In this document: positions 11,137 through 21,122 of the stretch, piece by piece
Numbering within the stretch: the first letter of the stretch is position 1
Layout of the letters: every line of letters begins with the position of its first letter
Assembly (NCBI GenBank): GCA_965214835.1
Contig: CBDCCK010000002.1
Span: forward strand, 2,688,001-2,752,000
Source: Nitrosopumilaceae archaeon
GTDB lineage: Archaea > Thermoproteota > Nitrososphaeria > Nitrososphaerales > Nitrosopumilaceae
Reading direction: 5' to 3'
DNA: 64,000 bases
Notes under the pieces: model-generated
The model's database searches: none
Seen by the model: only the letters and a program-made list of their open reading frames with translations
What the model was told of the DNA's origin: nothing
Position numbers and translations under genes: made by a program

Positions 11137-11504
11137 CTGGCGTAAACGAGGCTCAGATACAAAACCTGGCAGAAAAGTCACTGAAGGCTCTCAAGGATTC
11201 TGTTTTGGTCATAAAGGACGGGTATGATCTCAAACGATGCATTTCGACGCTTGAGGAATACATGCGATCCACAGGAATGGCATCAGACCACACGGTAATA
11301 AATGGAACGCACAAATTCACGGTAAATCATGACATGGGAATAATGTGGTCACTGTTTGTCAAGTACATGATGGAGCAGCTGTTTGGCCAGTTTGTACCAG
11401 ACAAAAAAGTATTCTTTGACATGAGTGACGGAACGGTAGTGATCAGCATAGCACTTGGTTCGGATTGGGATGAGCACGACTATTAGAAGTCAGACGATCG
11501 TTTG

Positions 11505-11581
11505 CAACTTGTGCCACAATGTAACACAATGTACAACTTGTGCCACAATGTAACACAATGTACAACTTGTGCCACAATGTA
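11505..11581 (+). repeat. 29-bp tandem repeat x2.7 upstream of a secreted-protein gene
   Basis: CAACTTGTGCCACAATGTAACACAATGTA at 11505, 11534 and partially at 11563. Confidence 0.95.
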
Positions 11582-11622
11582 GACATGGTAGTTATGTACA
11601 ACTGTAGCAAACTGTATCTGCA

Positions 11623-12468
11623 ATGATTACAAACAACGTAAAAACCACACTGTTTGCATCTCTGATTGTTGCAATGATCCTTCCATTTGGCGGAATGGAC
11701 TTTGCAATGGCAGAAGAGACAGTCAGCACAGAAACCATCAGGGCAGACGCACAAGCAATCGCTGCGAATATTCTGAGAGTTCAGGAAGAAATTGCAAGTG
11801 CAAAGGCAGAACTCGAGGATTCTGCTGATGACAGACAAGTTTCAGAGTTAGAGTCAAGACTGGCCAAGCTTGAAGCAAGGCTGGCCAAGCTTGAGCAAAA
11901 CCTCACAGAAAAGGTAAATGATCTTTCACAAGCAACGTCAAGTGCAGCCGAGGCTCCAACAGAAGAGAAGGCAGCCAGATCAATCGGTGGCAGTAGCGCA
12001 AATCGCAGCATTGGCAGCAACAGCGGCAGTTCCACATGCTATGGTCTAATCAATGAAGCCAATGAGTGTGACTCTGACATGAACGTCAAGGGAACCACAG
12101 TATCGCTCATTCAGCCCCTTGAAGACTATGCAACAGGATCATGCCCAAGCGGAAGCCCGACCACAACATGCGCGAACTTTGTATATGCCGCATATGACAT
12201 TCCGGGCTGGTACTACGAAGGAAATGACATTTACTTCTACGGTTCTGGCTTTACAAACACATGCACCCTTGACAACACATGCAGTACTTGGGGCGTCATA
12301 GCAAGACTGCCTCTTGGCGATTCTGCAGATATTGACATGACAGACGCGCCAACCGGAATTCCGATGAGGACCAGCTGGTTCATGTACTATGAAGGTCTGA
12401 TCTTTGGTGCAACCCAGCCACACATCCATGTGCAAAACCTTGCAGACGGCTACGATCCGAACCCATAA
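11623..12468 (+). CDS. Secreted protein (signal peptide, coiled coil, Cys-containing C-terminal domain)
   Basis: MITNNVKTTLFASLIVAMILPF signal peptide typical of Nitrosopumilaceae. Confidence 0.8.
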   Translation: MITNNVKTTLFASLIVAMILPFGGMDFAMAEETVSTETIRADAQAIAANILRVQEEIASAKAELEDSADDRQVSELESRLAKLEARLAKLEQNLTEKVNDLSQATSSAAEAPTEEKAARSIGGSSANRSIGSNSGSSTCYGLINEANECDSDMNVKGTTVSLIQPLEDYATGSCPSGSPTTTCANFVYAAYDIPGWYYEGNDIYFYGSGFTNTCTLDNTCSTWGVIARLPLGDSADIDMTDAPTGIPMRTSWFMYYEGLIFGATQPHIHVQNLADGYDPNP

Positions 12469-12492
12469 TAGGAAAAAAACACGATAGAGAAC

Positions 12493-13050
12493 ATGACTTC
12501 ATTTTCCCTTTTTTCTTTTTCATATCCGCAAACCTTGCGTGAGTCATTGCTAAGCTCGCCTGCAGCTTCCGCCCGTGAAAGAATTGGCCTTCTCAGATCA
12601 AGGTGCAAGGAAGTTCTGCTGGCAGAGGGTTCAAAACACACTGATCAAATAAAAACGCTGATCCTAGACGCCAAAACTGACGGCTATCTTGTGTTGTATT
12701 GCGACTGCGGGGATGGATTTATTTTTTCCTCAAGCGAAAAAATAGTTGAAACGCTCCTGTGTCAAAAAGAAAGCAGCCGCTCGGGCTCTGGAAGTTCAGA
12801 CATGAGCTCTGCCGCCTCGGAGGGCCACTCCTCCCGGGCAGATTCGTGCCTGAAGTCAAGGGCGTCTTCCAGAGCCCGGGCTGCTGCAAAAAAAAGGGTA
12901 ATTTTTAGAATATTTTCAGGAAGGCAGTTGCAGTTGCCCGAAATATTGTTTTACCTTGTCCATAAGGGACTGGACATAAATGGTATAGTGCCGCACGGTC
13001 GTCCTCCTGATTCAGGCACCCCCCATTCCAATACCCGGTTCGTATATTAG
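12493..13050 (+). CDS. Hypothetical protein
   Basis: 185-aa ORF only; the 3' part may run into IS sequence. Confidence 0.3.
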   Translation: MTSFSLFSFSYPQTLRESLLSSPAASARERIGLLRSRCKEVLLAEGSKHTDQIKTLILDAKTDGYLVLYCDCGDGFIFSSSEKIVETLLCQKESSRSGSGSSDMSSAASEGHSSRADSCLKSRASSRARAAAKKRVIFRIFSGRQLQLPEILFYLVHKGLDINGIVPHGRPPDSGTPHSNTRFVY

Positions 13051-13133
13051 CGTCACCGGGGGCTAGTTGCCGTGTGGCGATGCGCCCGTGTCCGCATGTG
13101 GAACCGCACCCTTTACTGCTACTATAGCAACGG

Positions 13134-15701
13134 TCACAAGTAATTGAGGGCTTTGACCGGCGATCTGTAAATGTACTTGTACATGCTAAGGTGGGCAAAC
13201 GACACCGTCCTGTAGTACTCGGATATGGCCTGCCGTAGCTCGCTGATTTTCCTGTACACTATCCCCCTGAAAACAAAATCCTTGCCCAGGTTCCAGCATT
13301 CTTCCACGATATTGAGGTACGGCGGTCCCTTCGGGATCATTATCAGTTTGACATAGGGATGGTTGGCCAGATATTCTGCGACATCAGCAGATCTGTGCAC
13401 ACTCCACCTGTCGCAAAAGACGGCAACCTTGCCAAACTTGGCGCGCAGCGCCTCCAGACATTCTATGAACTGCACAGACGTAAACGATCCCGCAAGCGTC
13501 CCGAACGGCCTTCTGGTACGAGGTCACCTAGTTTTGACGTGTTTTGACAACCTGCTTAACATATTGCGATCATGCTGATCAAATACGATGCCTGTATAGC
13601 ATCAACATGAAAGGCCGTCGACCCACATACCGCGAACTAGAGGCCACAATTGTATCATTCACAGACAGAATAAGCACGCTAGAAAATAACCAAAAGGCAG
13701 CGAACAGGACAATCGAGGAGCAGAACAGGCTGATAAAGGAGAAGGACAGGATAATCGAGGAGCAAGGCAGGCGGCTCCGGTACTACGAGAACGAGAACTC
13801 GCCACCGTCTGCAGAATCACTAGAGTACAAGAGGCAAAAGGCGCAGCGGAAAAGGGAGAGGGCCAGTAACCGTGGCAACGGTAGCAATAGTGGCACCGGC
13901 AAAAAGCCGGGAGGCAGAGGGGCCACAAGGGGACATCCAGAAGACACGACCCACAGAAGACGGTGCTTCACACGTTCCAGGACAACGACGGGACGTGCTC
14001 GCCGGTGTGCATGTGCGGGAGGGCCATGGACATAACTGCCCTGATACGGAACATCATCGACTTTGAACCGGTCCGGATGACAGAGACGCGACACATAACC
14101 GAGCGTGCCACATGCAGACTGTGCGGCATTACGATATCAGCAGACGACGGACTCCCAAGGAGGGGCAGGTACGGCAAGCACATGATCTCCCTTGTGTCTG
14201 CCTTGCGCGCAAGGCACATGCCGCTGCAGTCCGTGGCAGACACGCTCAAGGATTTTACCGGCAGGAGCATCGCCAAATCGACCGTAATCAACATGATCGG
14301 AGGGGTATGCGACTCTATGCAAAAGCCGTCAGGCGCGATCCTGGGCGGCATCAAGAGATCATCCAACGTCAGAATAGACGAGACTGCGGCCAGCATGAAC
14401 GGCAGCCGCATATGGACATGGACTGCCGAGACGGACAACGGCGTGTTTGTCGAGTACAATACGAGCAGGGGCGCACTGTTCCTGGACAGGCACATGGACA
14501 AGTATGGCGGAGTAGTGACATCTGACAAATATTCGGTGTATGACAGGTTCAACGGGGAGGACAGACACCAGCTGTGCTGGTCGCACGAGCTGCGCGTATC
14601 AAAATACGCGGCGCAAAAGCAGGGCGCCCCGCTGTTTGCGGGAATACTGTACGAGCAGCTTCGGCAGCTGTACCGCAGCGCCGTCAGGGCAAGGAGGAAG
14701 GACAGGGGCAAGGATCTGCGCAGAAGGTTCGAGTCCTTGCTGCGCAACATACTGTTCGGGTACCGGGAAAGCACGGACGACCCCGTCCTGGGCCCGGTAC
14801 TGCGTAGACTGACAAGCTCGCTGCCGCACCTGTTTACGTTCCTGGAGCACGACAACGTGCATCCCACAAACAACGCCGCAGAGCGTGCTCTCCGTTACGC
14901 CGTCGTCTTCCGCAAGATAAGCGGGCAGATCAAGGGAGGGGAACTCTGGATGAGGAGGTGGTCGTGGTTTATGACGTGCATACTGACATGGAGGGCAAGG
15001 GGCAGATCCGTAGCAGACGAGGTCATGAAACTGGTTTAGGAACGTGACCTCGTACGCCTTCTGCCGTCTTCTGCGATGCTCCCGAACACGGCCGCCCTTG
15101 TGTGATCCCCCGAATACGATGCCACGCTTCTGGTGCCGACCGGACCCCACACGTATCTGTCATGTGCGCCCTGCACGAAGAACGACTCGTCAGATGACAC
15201 CAGCGTAAAACCGTCGTTTTTCAGGCACGGAATCCGCACGTTTTCAAGGTATCGCTGCCACGAGTATACCGAGCTTGGGGTGGCATGGTTGACATGTATG
15301 TTTTGCACCTTGCGGCGCGACAGGCCGTGCTGGCACATCAGTCTTCGGACATGCTCTATGCTGTATTCTATCCCGGTGGCATTCCTTATGTCATCGCGTA
15401 CCGTCATGACATCGGTACTTTTGCATGCAGTGGACAGATCCATTATGGCTGCAATACTTTCTCTGTCCACCTTTGGTCTGCATCCGGAACGGGGAAGATC
15501 CCGGAGACCGTCTATGCCGCCCTCCGAAAACCTCGCCAGCCAGTTGCGCACGGAATTCTCACTGCACCGGATCTTTCTTGCAGTCTCGGGTACGCCCATG
15601 TCGTCTTCTAGCACAAACATCAGCGCCATGATCTTCTTGTAGACTTTGACATCCTTTTCTTTGCGCATGGCCTCTGACAGAATGTCTGTTTCTTTTGTCA
15701 T
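13134..15701 (-). pseudogene. IS630-family transposase split by IS66
   Basis: N-part 15056-15701 (HTH, SSDES) and C-part 13134-13515 (CDRWSVH, LNIVEECW) rejoin in frame (DGRRPFGTLAGSF). Confidence 0.88.
13516..15055 (+). mobile_element. IS66 type 2, copy A (frameshifted transposase 13607-15039)
   Basis: TIR GTACGAGGTCAC; 8-bp TSD GCCTTCTG; one C missing near 13915 relative to copy B. Confidence 0.92.
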
Positions 15702-15726
15702 ACATACTGCGCCAGTTACGTGATCA

Positions 15727-16107
15727 TTATACCTTTCGAATGACCTTGTTTTGGCTCAAAGACTTATGCTCGTTGCTATACGCGTCGTTTTCTTGTATTA
15801 CTTCAGGTTTTTGGCAAATTTCTACATATTTAGATATGTCATCTTCGTATACCGGATCGTGTTTTTTCAGTCTATTTTTTCCAGTTAATTTTGCTTTTAC
15901 AATAAGCTTAGTCTCTTTGTTAAACAGTACTTGGTGCTTTTCATCGGGTGGGAATCGGATCAGGATTGCACGGGGCATTTCATATGTTGTTTTATTTTCG
16001 TCTTTTAGTCTGCGTTTAATTTCAGGCTCCAGCCACAATTGCCAAATTTGATCAAACAAATTCTGTGCGCCTTGACCATCATCTAATGAAAGATTATCAC
16101 CCAACAA
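15727..16107 (-). CDS. AT-rich hypothetical protein, probably 3'-truncated
   Basis: 126-aa ORF abutting the IS630 start region. Confidence 0.5.
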   Translation of the reverse strand: MLGDNLSLDDGQGAQNLFDQIWQLWLEPEIKRRLKDENKTTYEMPRAILIRFPPDEKHQVLFNKETKLIVKAKLTGKNRLKKHDPVYEDDISKYVEICQKPEVIQENDAYSNEHKSLSQNKVIRKV

Positions 16108-16428
16108 TGATTTGTGTCGTGCTTGAATACTAAAAACTTTGTAGTAATTCAGCAGACAGAAGTGTGTCCAGTTTCTGTCGGATATCTATCGTACTCCTTG
16201 CCTTTCAACCTGAACCTGACATCCATGATTTTGTTTTCAGACAACCACCATCTGAACCCTAATTGTCATATTGGAAGCTGCCAAGATGAATCTGGCACGG
16301 AGTTGTACTGACAGATAATGGCCGATTGGCGGAAACGCGTCGTCCTGCGTGCTGGGTTCTTTGTCCAGCATCGACTTTACGTCCTCATCCCTGTCAGCCT
16401 CCAGCAGGCTGGAAAAGTACTTCTCGAC

Positions 16429-17044
16429 TGATCTGGACCCCGTATTTTCGAACCACTTTTTGGGCGTTTTTGCGTAGCTCTGGCATCATCATTTGCCTGC
16501 CTCCCTTTGGTGCCGTACGACGAACTCCATCGGAGTGAGATATCCAAGTGAGGAGTGTATTCTGTCATGGTTATAGTCCCTAAAGGCCTCCTTTATGACG
16601 TCTGAGGCGTCCTGGAAGGAGTCAAATTCATGGGGCCACAGGTATTCCCTCTTGATGCTTCCGTGAAACGATTCTATGTGGCCGTTTTGTTCTGGTGTCC
16701 TGTATGCTATGAACTCGTGCCTGATTCCCAGCTGTTTTAGGGACTCCCTGAACATGCGCGACGTATACTGAGAACCGTTGTCTGTCCGCAGGGTCAGCAT
16801 GCTGCAGTCCGGATCTGCTGCCGATACCGCATCAAGTACGGCCTGAACCGCATTCTCCTTTTGCGCCGTGGTGTCAAAGGAGTATGCAAGCCATCTGCGC
16901 GAAAAGGCATCAAGTACGTTGAAACAGTAGCACCAGCCGTCCCCGCTGCCGCAGTCCACGTATGTGATGTCTGCCTGCCACAGCCGGTTGGGGGCATCTG
17001 GCTTTGTAAGCTTGCGCGAGGCCCGTATTATGTCGTTTTTGGGG
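16429..17044 (-). mobile_element. IS3-family remnant (integrase core 16489-17044 plus one end)
   Basis: WQADITY, TDNGSQY, QNGHIESFH motifs; terminus TGATCTGGACCCC at 16429; 5' part cut off by a MITE. Confidence 0.8.
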
Positions 17045-17170
17045 GGTTGTCGCCTAATTCCACTTATTTGACTCAATCTGCACGTTTTTCTGAATTTCCG
17101 ACCTTTTGCACGCCTGGCCCATATGGTGCCTAAACGGTTTTCAGGAATTCTGATGAATTAGGCGACAACC
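17045..17170. mobile_element. MITE family A (126 bp)
   Basis: 16-bp perfect TIR GGTTGTCGCCTAATTC; non-coding; related copy at 38142-41502. Confidence 0.85.
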
Positions 17171-17351
17171 TCCGTACAAGGAGACCGACAAGAGAAAGGG
17201 CGACAGGCTGCTGGCATGCATGCAGCGCAAGGACGGCAGCAGCATATCGCAGATAGTAAAGAGCCTCTGCCGGTCAACATCTGCCATATCCGAGTGGCTC
17301 AACCGCGCACAGGAGGAGGGGATGCGCGCAAGGCACGAGCGGCCAGGCAAG

Positions 17352-18436
17352 AGAAGCAATCCGTAATTAAATTACGAGTGGCAGGTTGCAGTTGTTTTCT
17401 GCCGTGTTTTTCAGGCCACAGCGGCTATCCGTTCCAGTATCCTCAGGTTGACCAGCCCGCACACGATACTGTTGGCCAGATCGTACTTTCTGAGCCTGTT
17501 TCTGTACTTGTAGCTCATTATCTTGAATGTCTTGACCCTGCGTATGCCATTCTCCACGTACACCCGTATCTTTGAGTGTGTTCTGTTGTACTCTTTTTCA
17601 TCGTCGGTCAGCTTGCCGCTAGGACTCTTCTTGATTGGAAGTATAACCTTCGTCCCTGCATCGATGTGCTGCGCACCCTGGTATCCGCGATCCATATAGT
17701 GCCGCAGCTCCTCGCCGTCCTCCTCACCGCTCCAGAACGTGGGATGCTTCATCTGGTATATCTTGACGTCGTTTACGCGCCCCGGCGAGTGCGGGGTCTT
17801 GTGCACTATGGCACCGTGTATGTTGACCGTATACTGGACCTTGGCCGTGTGCGTGCCTGCCTTGCCCGAATAGTGCGACTCTTCCATGTCCTTTCTCTTG
17901 GGCCTGTTTGTGGGCTGCTCGGAGGCGTCAGTCAGGCACACCATCCCCGGGAAGATCTCGGCCAGCTCCTCGACTGAGGAGATCCTCTTGGAGTCCTTGT
18001 AGATCTTCTCGGGGATCGGCAGACATTGTTTTAGCAGGGGCTCAGTCAGGCTTATGGAGCGCGAGACCGACGCCTGTCCTATACCGAACATGGCGCCAGC
18101 CACGTCCTGGGAGACGTACGTCCTGTAGTAGAACAAGACCAGCAGTACGCGGTTCCTCAGATCCAGGGCAAAGGGCCTGCCTGCGCCTATATCCCGCACA
18201 CGGTCGGGCCTTGAGAGCCTCTTCTTCTCGGTATCTGGAAATTTCTTTTGCACCTCGGTACACAGCTGGTCAAACTCTGCCTCGGTCATTCCTGCAAACA
18301 TCCGGAACGTCCGTGGGTTTTTTGTCAGTCTATCGATCAAACACATGATTTGTACATGGTTTTACAGGTATTTTGATCCGTCAGGCATAGATTAGTGCCC
18401 AAGTGGGTCAAAATCTGCTAATTAAGAATCGCTTCT
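17352..18436 (-). mobile_element. IS5-family (ISL2-like) element, copy 1
   Basis: TIR AGAAGCAATCCGTAATTA / AGAAGCGATTCTTAATTA; 3-bp TSD AAG. Confidence 0.9.
17411..18346 (-). CDS. IS5/ISL2-like transposase (HTH plus DDE_Tnp_4-like)
   Basis: DASE, YSGK, DRGYQG, RVYVENGI motifs. Confidence 0.9.
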   Translation of the reverse strand: MCLIDRLTKNPRTFRMFAGMTEAEFDQLCTEVQKKFPDTEKKRLSRPDRVRDIGAGRPFALDLRNRVLLVLFYYRTYVSQDVAGAMFGIGQASVSRSISLTEPLLKQCLPIPEKIYKDSKRISSVEELAEIFPGMVCLTDASEQPTNRPKRKDMEESHYSGKAGTHTAKVQYTVNIHGAIVHKTPHSPGRVNDVKIYQMKHPTFWSGEEDGEELRHYMDRGYQGAQHIDAGTKVILPIKKSPSGKLTDDEKEYNRTHSKIRVYVENGIRRVKTFKIMSYKYRNRLRKYDLANSIVCGLVNLRILERIAAVA

Positions 18437-19680
18437 AAGGGGCGCAAGCACAAACTGAGCGAGTCGCAGATGGGCCACCCTTGCGCGGATCTCAAGTCAG
18501 GTCCCGGGGACTGCGGCTTTGAGAGCAGCCTGTGGGACTCGCGCCTGATAAGCCTGCACATCAAGAAAAAATTCGGCGTGCAGTACAGCAGGAGCGGCAC
18601 GCTTCTGCTGGCACACGAGCTGGGCTTTTCGTGGAGGACATCAAGGACGAAAAACCCAAAAGCTGCCTCAAAACGCAAGCAAAACGAGTTCAAGGAGGCA
18701 TCATAAAAGCTGATACGGGAAAAGACGGCACAAGGGTATACGGTGCTGGCAGAGGACGAGTCCTCAATCCAAAAGATCTCAAACAGCCCCAAACACGGGT
18801 GGACAAAGCGCGGCATGAGCGCCACGGCGCCCCTGTCGCTGTCACGGCAGCGCCGGTACATGTTCGGCGTTCTGGCAGTCGGCACGTTTTACTTTATGCT
18901 CTATGACAGGACCAACACCGGCAGCTTTTGCGACTTTTTAGAAAGGGTGCACGAAAGATACGGCAAGGTGCTGATATTCCTGGACAATGCGTCATACCAC
19001 AAGTCCGGCGGCGTAAAGGAGACGCTGGAAAAGTACGATGGCGAGATAATACTGGAATATCTACTTCCGTACACGCCGGAGCTCAACCCCGTCGAGATAC
19101 GGTACAGGAAGATAAAGCGGAGGCTGTCTGCCGGGATGTTCAAGACGCTTGATGATATGGGGCGGTCAGTGCGGAAGCTGTTTGCCAAGCGCGAGCTCCT
19201 TCCGATAAAGCTGTTCCAATACCTGACGGGCTGACCGCAGCAGCCTGTCGCGTTCCCTACTGAAGTTCTGCGCGGCAGTATGTCAAACTCCACATGCCCG
19301 AACTGACCGCAGCAGCCTGTCGCGTTCTCCCTTGTGAGTCCTCCCTGTACGCCTTGAGGAGGTGTGGATGCTTTGCATGGCAGGAATTTACCCTTTGATG
19401 CTACGAATTCTGTCTGTTTTCTAGTGCATGTGCGTATGGTCTGCCTGATCTTAGATCTTTGGGCCAAAAGCAGCTGTCAAAACAATCCGTTTTTTTATGA
19501 GTTGACTACGAGACGCCCAGGATGGCGTTCCGGAGCCGGGAGGCCACAAAAGCGATCAGGAAAAGCGGCCCCAAATGGATGGAGAAGAATACAAATGTTA
19601 GGCGGAACTAATTATCATATGGAACAAACAGGTTAAATCTGTCCAAAGTATAAATATATTGCACACATTAGCATTACTGT

Positions 19681-20370
19681 ATGAATATGCAGGAATGCAC
19701 GTCAATACATGAAAAAGCAAGGGATGCCATTGGATTTGCACAGGAACTGCCCCCCAGTCCGATCTATGATCTAAAGAATCTAGGAAACACCGTCAGTGTC
19801 TCATCCAAGACCATCAAAAGAAGACTTGCCCGCCTAGAGGAGCTGGGGTTGGCATATTACAATCGTGGAAAATTTACAATAAAAAGAGAAGTGGTTTCCC
19901 AACCGTACATCGTTTTGCAAAACATCATCCCTTCACTAATGTCACTCAAAAAAGCCAGAAGGTTTGGAAGGCATTACAAATCAACGGATATTAACTTTAT
20001 GAGAAAGCATCTTCCAAAAGGCTCAATCATAACACTCGATCACAAGGCTCATGAGCTAACAAAGTTTCAGACTCCGCTCAGCCTGTATGTCTATGTTGAT
20101 GATGTGGAAAGCATGTCCGGGCTTTTGAAAAGCCACGGATTTAGAGAGGGAAAAAGAGGAAATGTCGTGCTTCTTCCAAAGATTGGTTCTTTTGAAAATC
20201 CCATTGAGAGGGTCTTTCTTGACTGTGTAGCAAATGGCGGACGAAGTTTTCTTGACGCTGCAGCAATTATGCTGACCCATAAAGACAGGATAAAGACCAA
20301 AGTCAGGTTTACGGGAGAGACCATACTAAAAGTTCAGGAGAATCTGTTGCCATATGAGGCCGCTCATTAG
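19681..20370 (+). CDS. wHTH protein, putative AbiEi-like antitoxin
   Basis: N-terminal wHTH, C-terminal IERVFLD motif; overlaps the nucleotidyltransferase gene. Confidence 0.55.
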   Translation: MNMQECTSIHEKARDAIGFAQELPPSPIYDLKNLGNTVSVSSKTIKRRLARLEELGLAYYNRGKFTIKREVVSQPYIVLQNIIPSLMSLKKARRFGRHYKSTDINFMRKHLPKGSIITLDHKAHELTKFQTPLSLYVYVDDVESMSGLLKSHGFREGKRGNVVLLPKIGSFENPIERVFLDCVANGGRSFLDAAAIMLTHKDRIKTKVRFTGETILKVQENLLPYEAAH

Positions 20371-20866
20371 AGAAGCAATATGTATTTCTCGGGATTTTGG
20401 AACTGCCACATTTGTTGGTGCAACTGCAGTCATGCTACATACTAATGAGCAGCGACAATCCCAGGATCTGGATTTTGTTGTTTCTGAACAAATAACAACT
20501 GATGAGTTTTTGGACAAGGGATACAAAATTGATCAGCAAGGAGATAGAAAATTCACCCCAAGGGGATACAAGATTGACGTGTACCATGAACGGGATCTAA
20601 ATGACATTCCGCTGGAGTACATCATAAAGACCGCAGCAGCAATTCCGGTAGACAGGAAGGGAACCACCACAGTCAATGCCATCTCTTTGGAGGGATTGAT
20701 TACTGCAAAGTTCAGGGCAGGACGTGACCAGGACATCGAAGACCTGCGAAGACTGGCCATTCGCTGTGGCTCAAAAATCAACTGGAGTGAAATCAAGAAC
20801 CTTGCCAAGTCCGATACGGAATACTCTGAAATAGAGCAGGCAATTCGTCTTTATTCCACACAATGA
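20354..20866 (+). CDS. Nucleotidyltransferase, putative AbiEii-like toxin
   Basis: FVGATAV...RQSQDLDF...K..A.R.QD..DL motifs. Confidence 0.7.
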   Translation: MRPLIREAICISRDFGTATFVGATAVMLHTNEQRQSQDLDFVVSEQITTDEFLDKGYKIDQQGDRKFTPRGYKIDVYHERDLNDIPLEYIIKTAAAIPVDRKGTTTVNAISLEGLITAKFRAGRDQDIEDLRRLAIRCGSKINWSEIKNLAKSDTEYSEIEQAIRLYSTQ

Positions 20867-21038
20867 CATTCTTGAATAATTCAGATTAATGGCACGTCTC
20901 CAAGTTCTTTCCGTTATTTGACCGCCAAGCGCCCCTCCCGTATTGCCGTAAGCCGTCCGCATCGGGGGCCGACGGGCAGCCTGCAGGAAAAAAGTGGACA
21001 ACCCCCAATACGATCTCTTTAGTAGTTTTATATACCAA

Positions 21039-21114
21039 TACACATTTGGAAAAATAATTTTATATAAATATATACACATTTGGAAAAATAATTTTATATA
21101 AATATATACACATT
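21039..21114 (+). repeat. 34-bp tandem repeat x2.2 containing BRE/TATA-like elements
   Basis: TACACATTTGGAAAAATAATTTTATATAAATATA repeated immediately before the ATPase gene. Confidence 0.9.
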
Positions 21115-21122
21115 CTAGAATT

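Larger units (their letters stand above)
9162..11486 (+). pseudogene. Ribbon-helix-helix-type thaumarchaeal regulator split by IS66
   Basis: HITFR...LEREAARLGIS...LLNSIL N-terminus; rejoins in frame across TSD CTGGCGTA (VISGVNEAQIQ...). Confidence 0.8.
17171..19508 (+). pseudogene. Degraded IS630 related to element A, split by IS5
   Basis: KETDKRK...ERPGK/GRKHKL rejoins across TSD AAG; internal stop at 18704; right end ...GAGTTGACTA at 19508. Confidence 0.85.

Noticed and set aside
13607-15039. Programmed frameshift in IS66 type 2 copy A
   Set aside because: Copy B is a single ORF; copy A simply lacks one C (mutation or sequencing error).
11505-21114. CRISPR array from the 29-bp or 34-bp repeats
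   Set aside because: Units are head-to-tail with no unique spacers, and there are no cas genes in the window.
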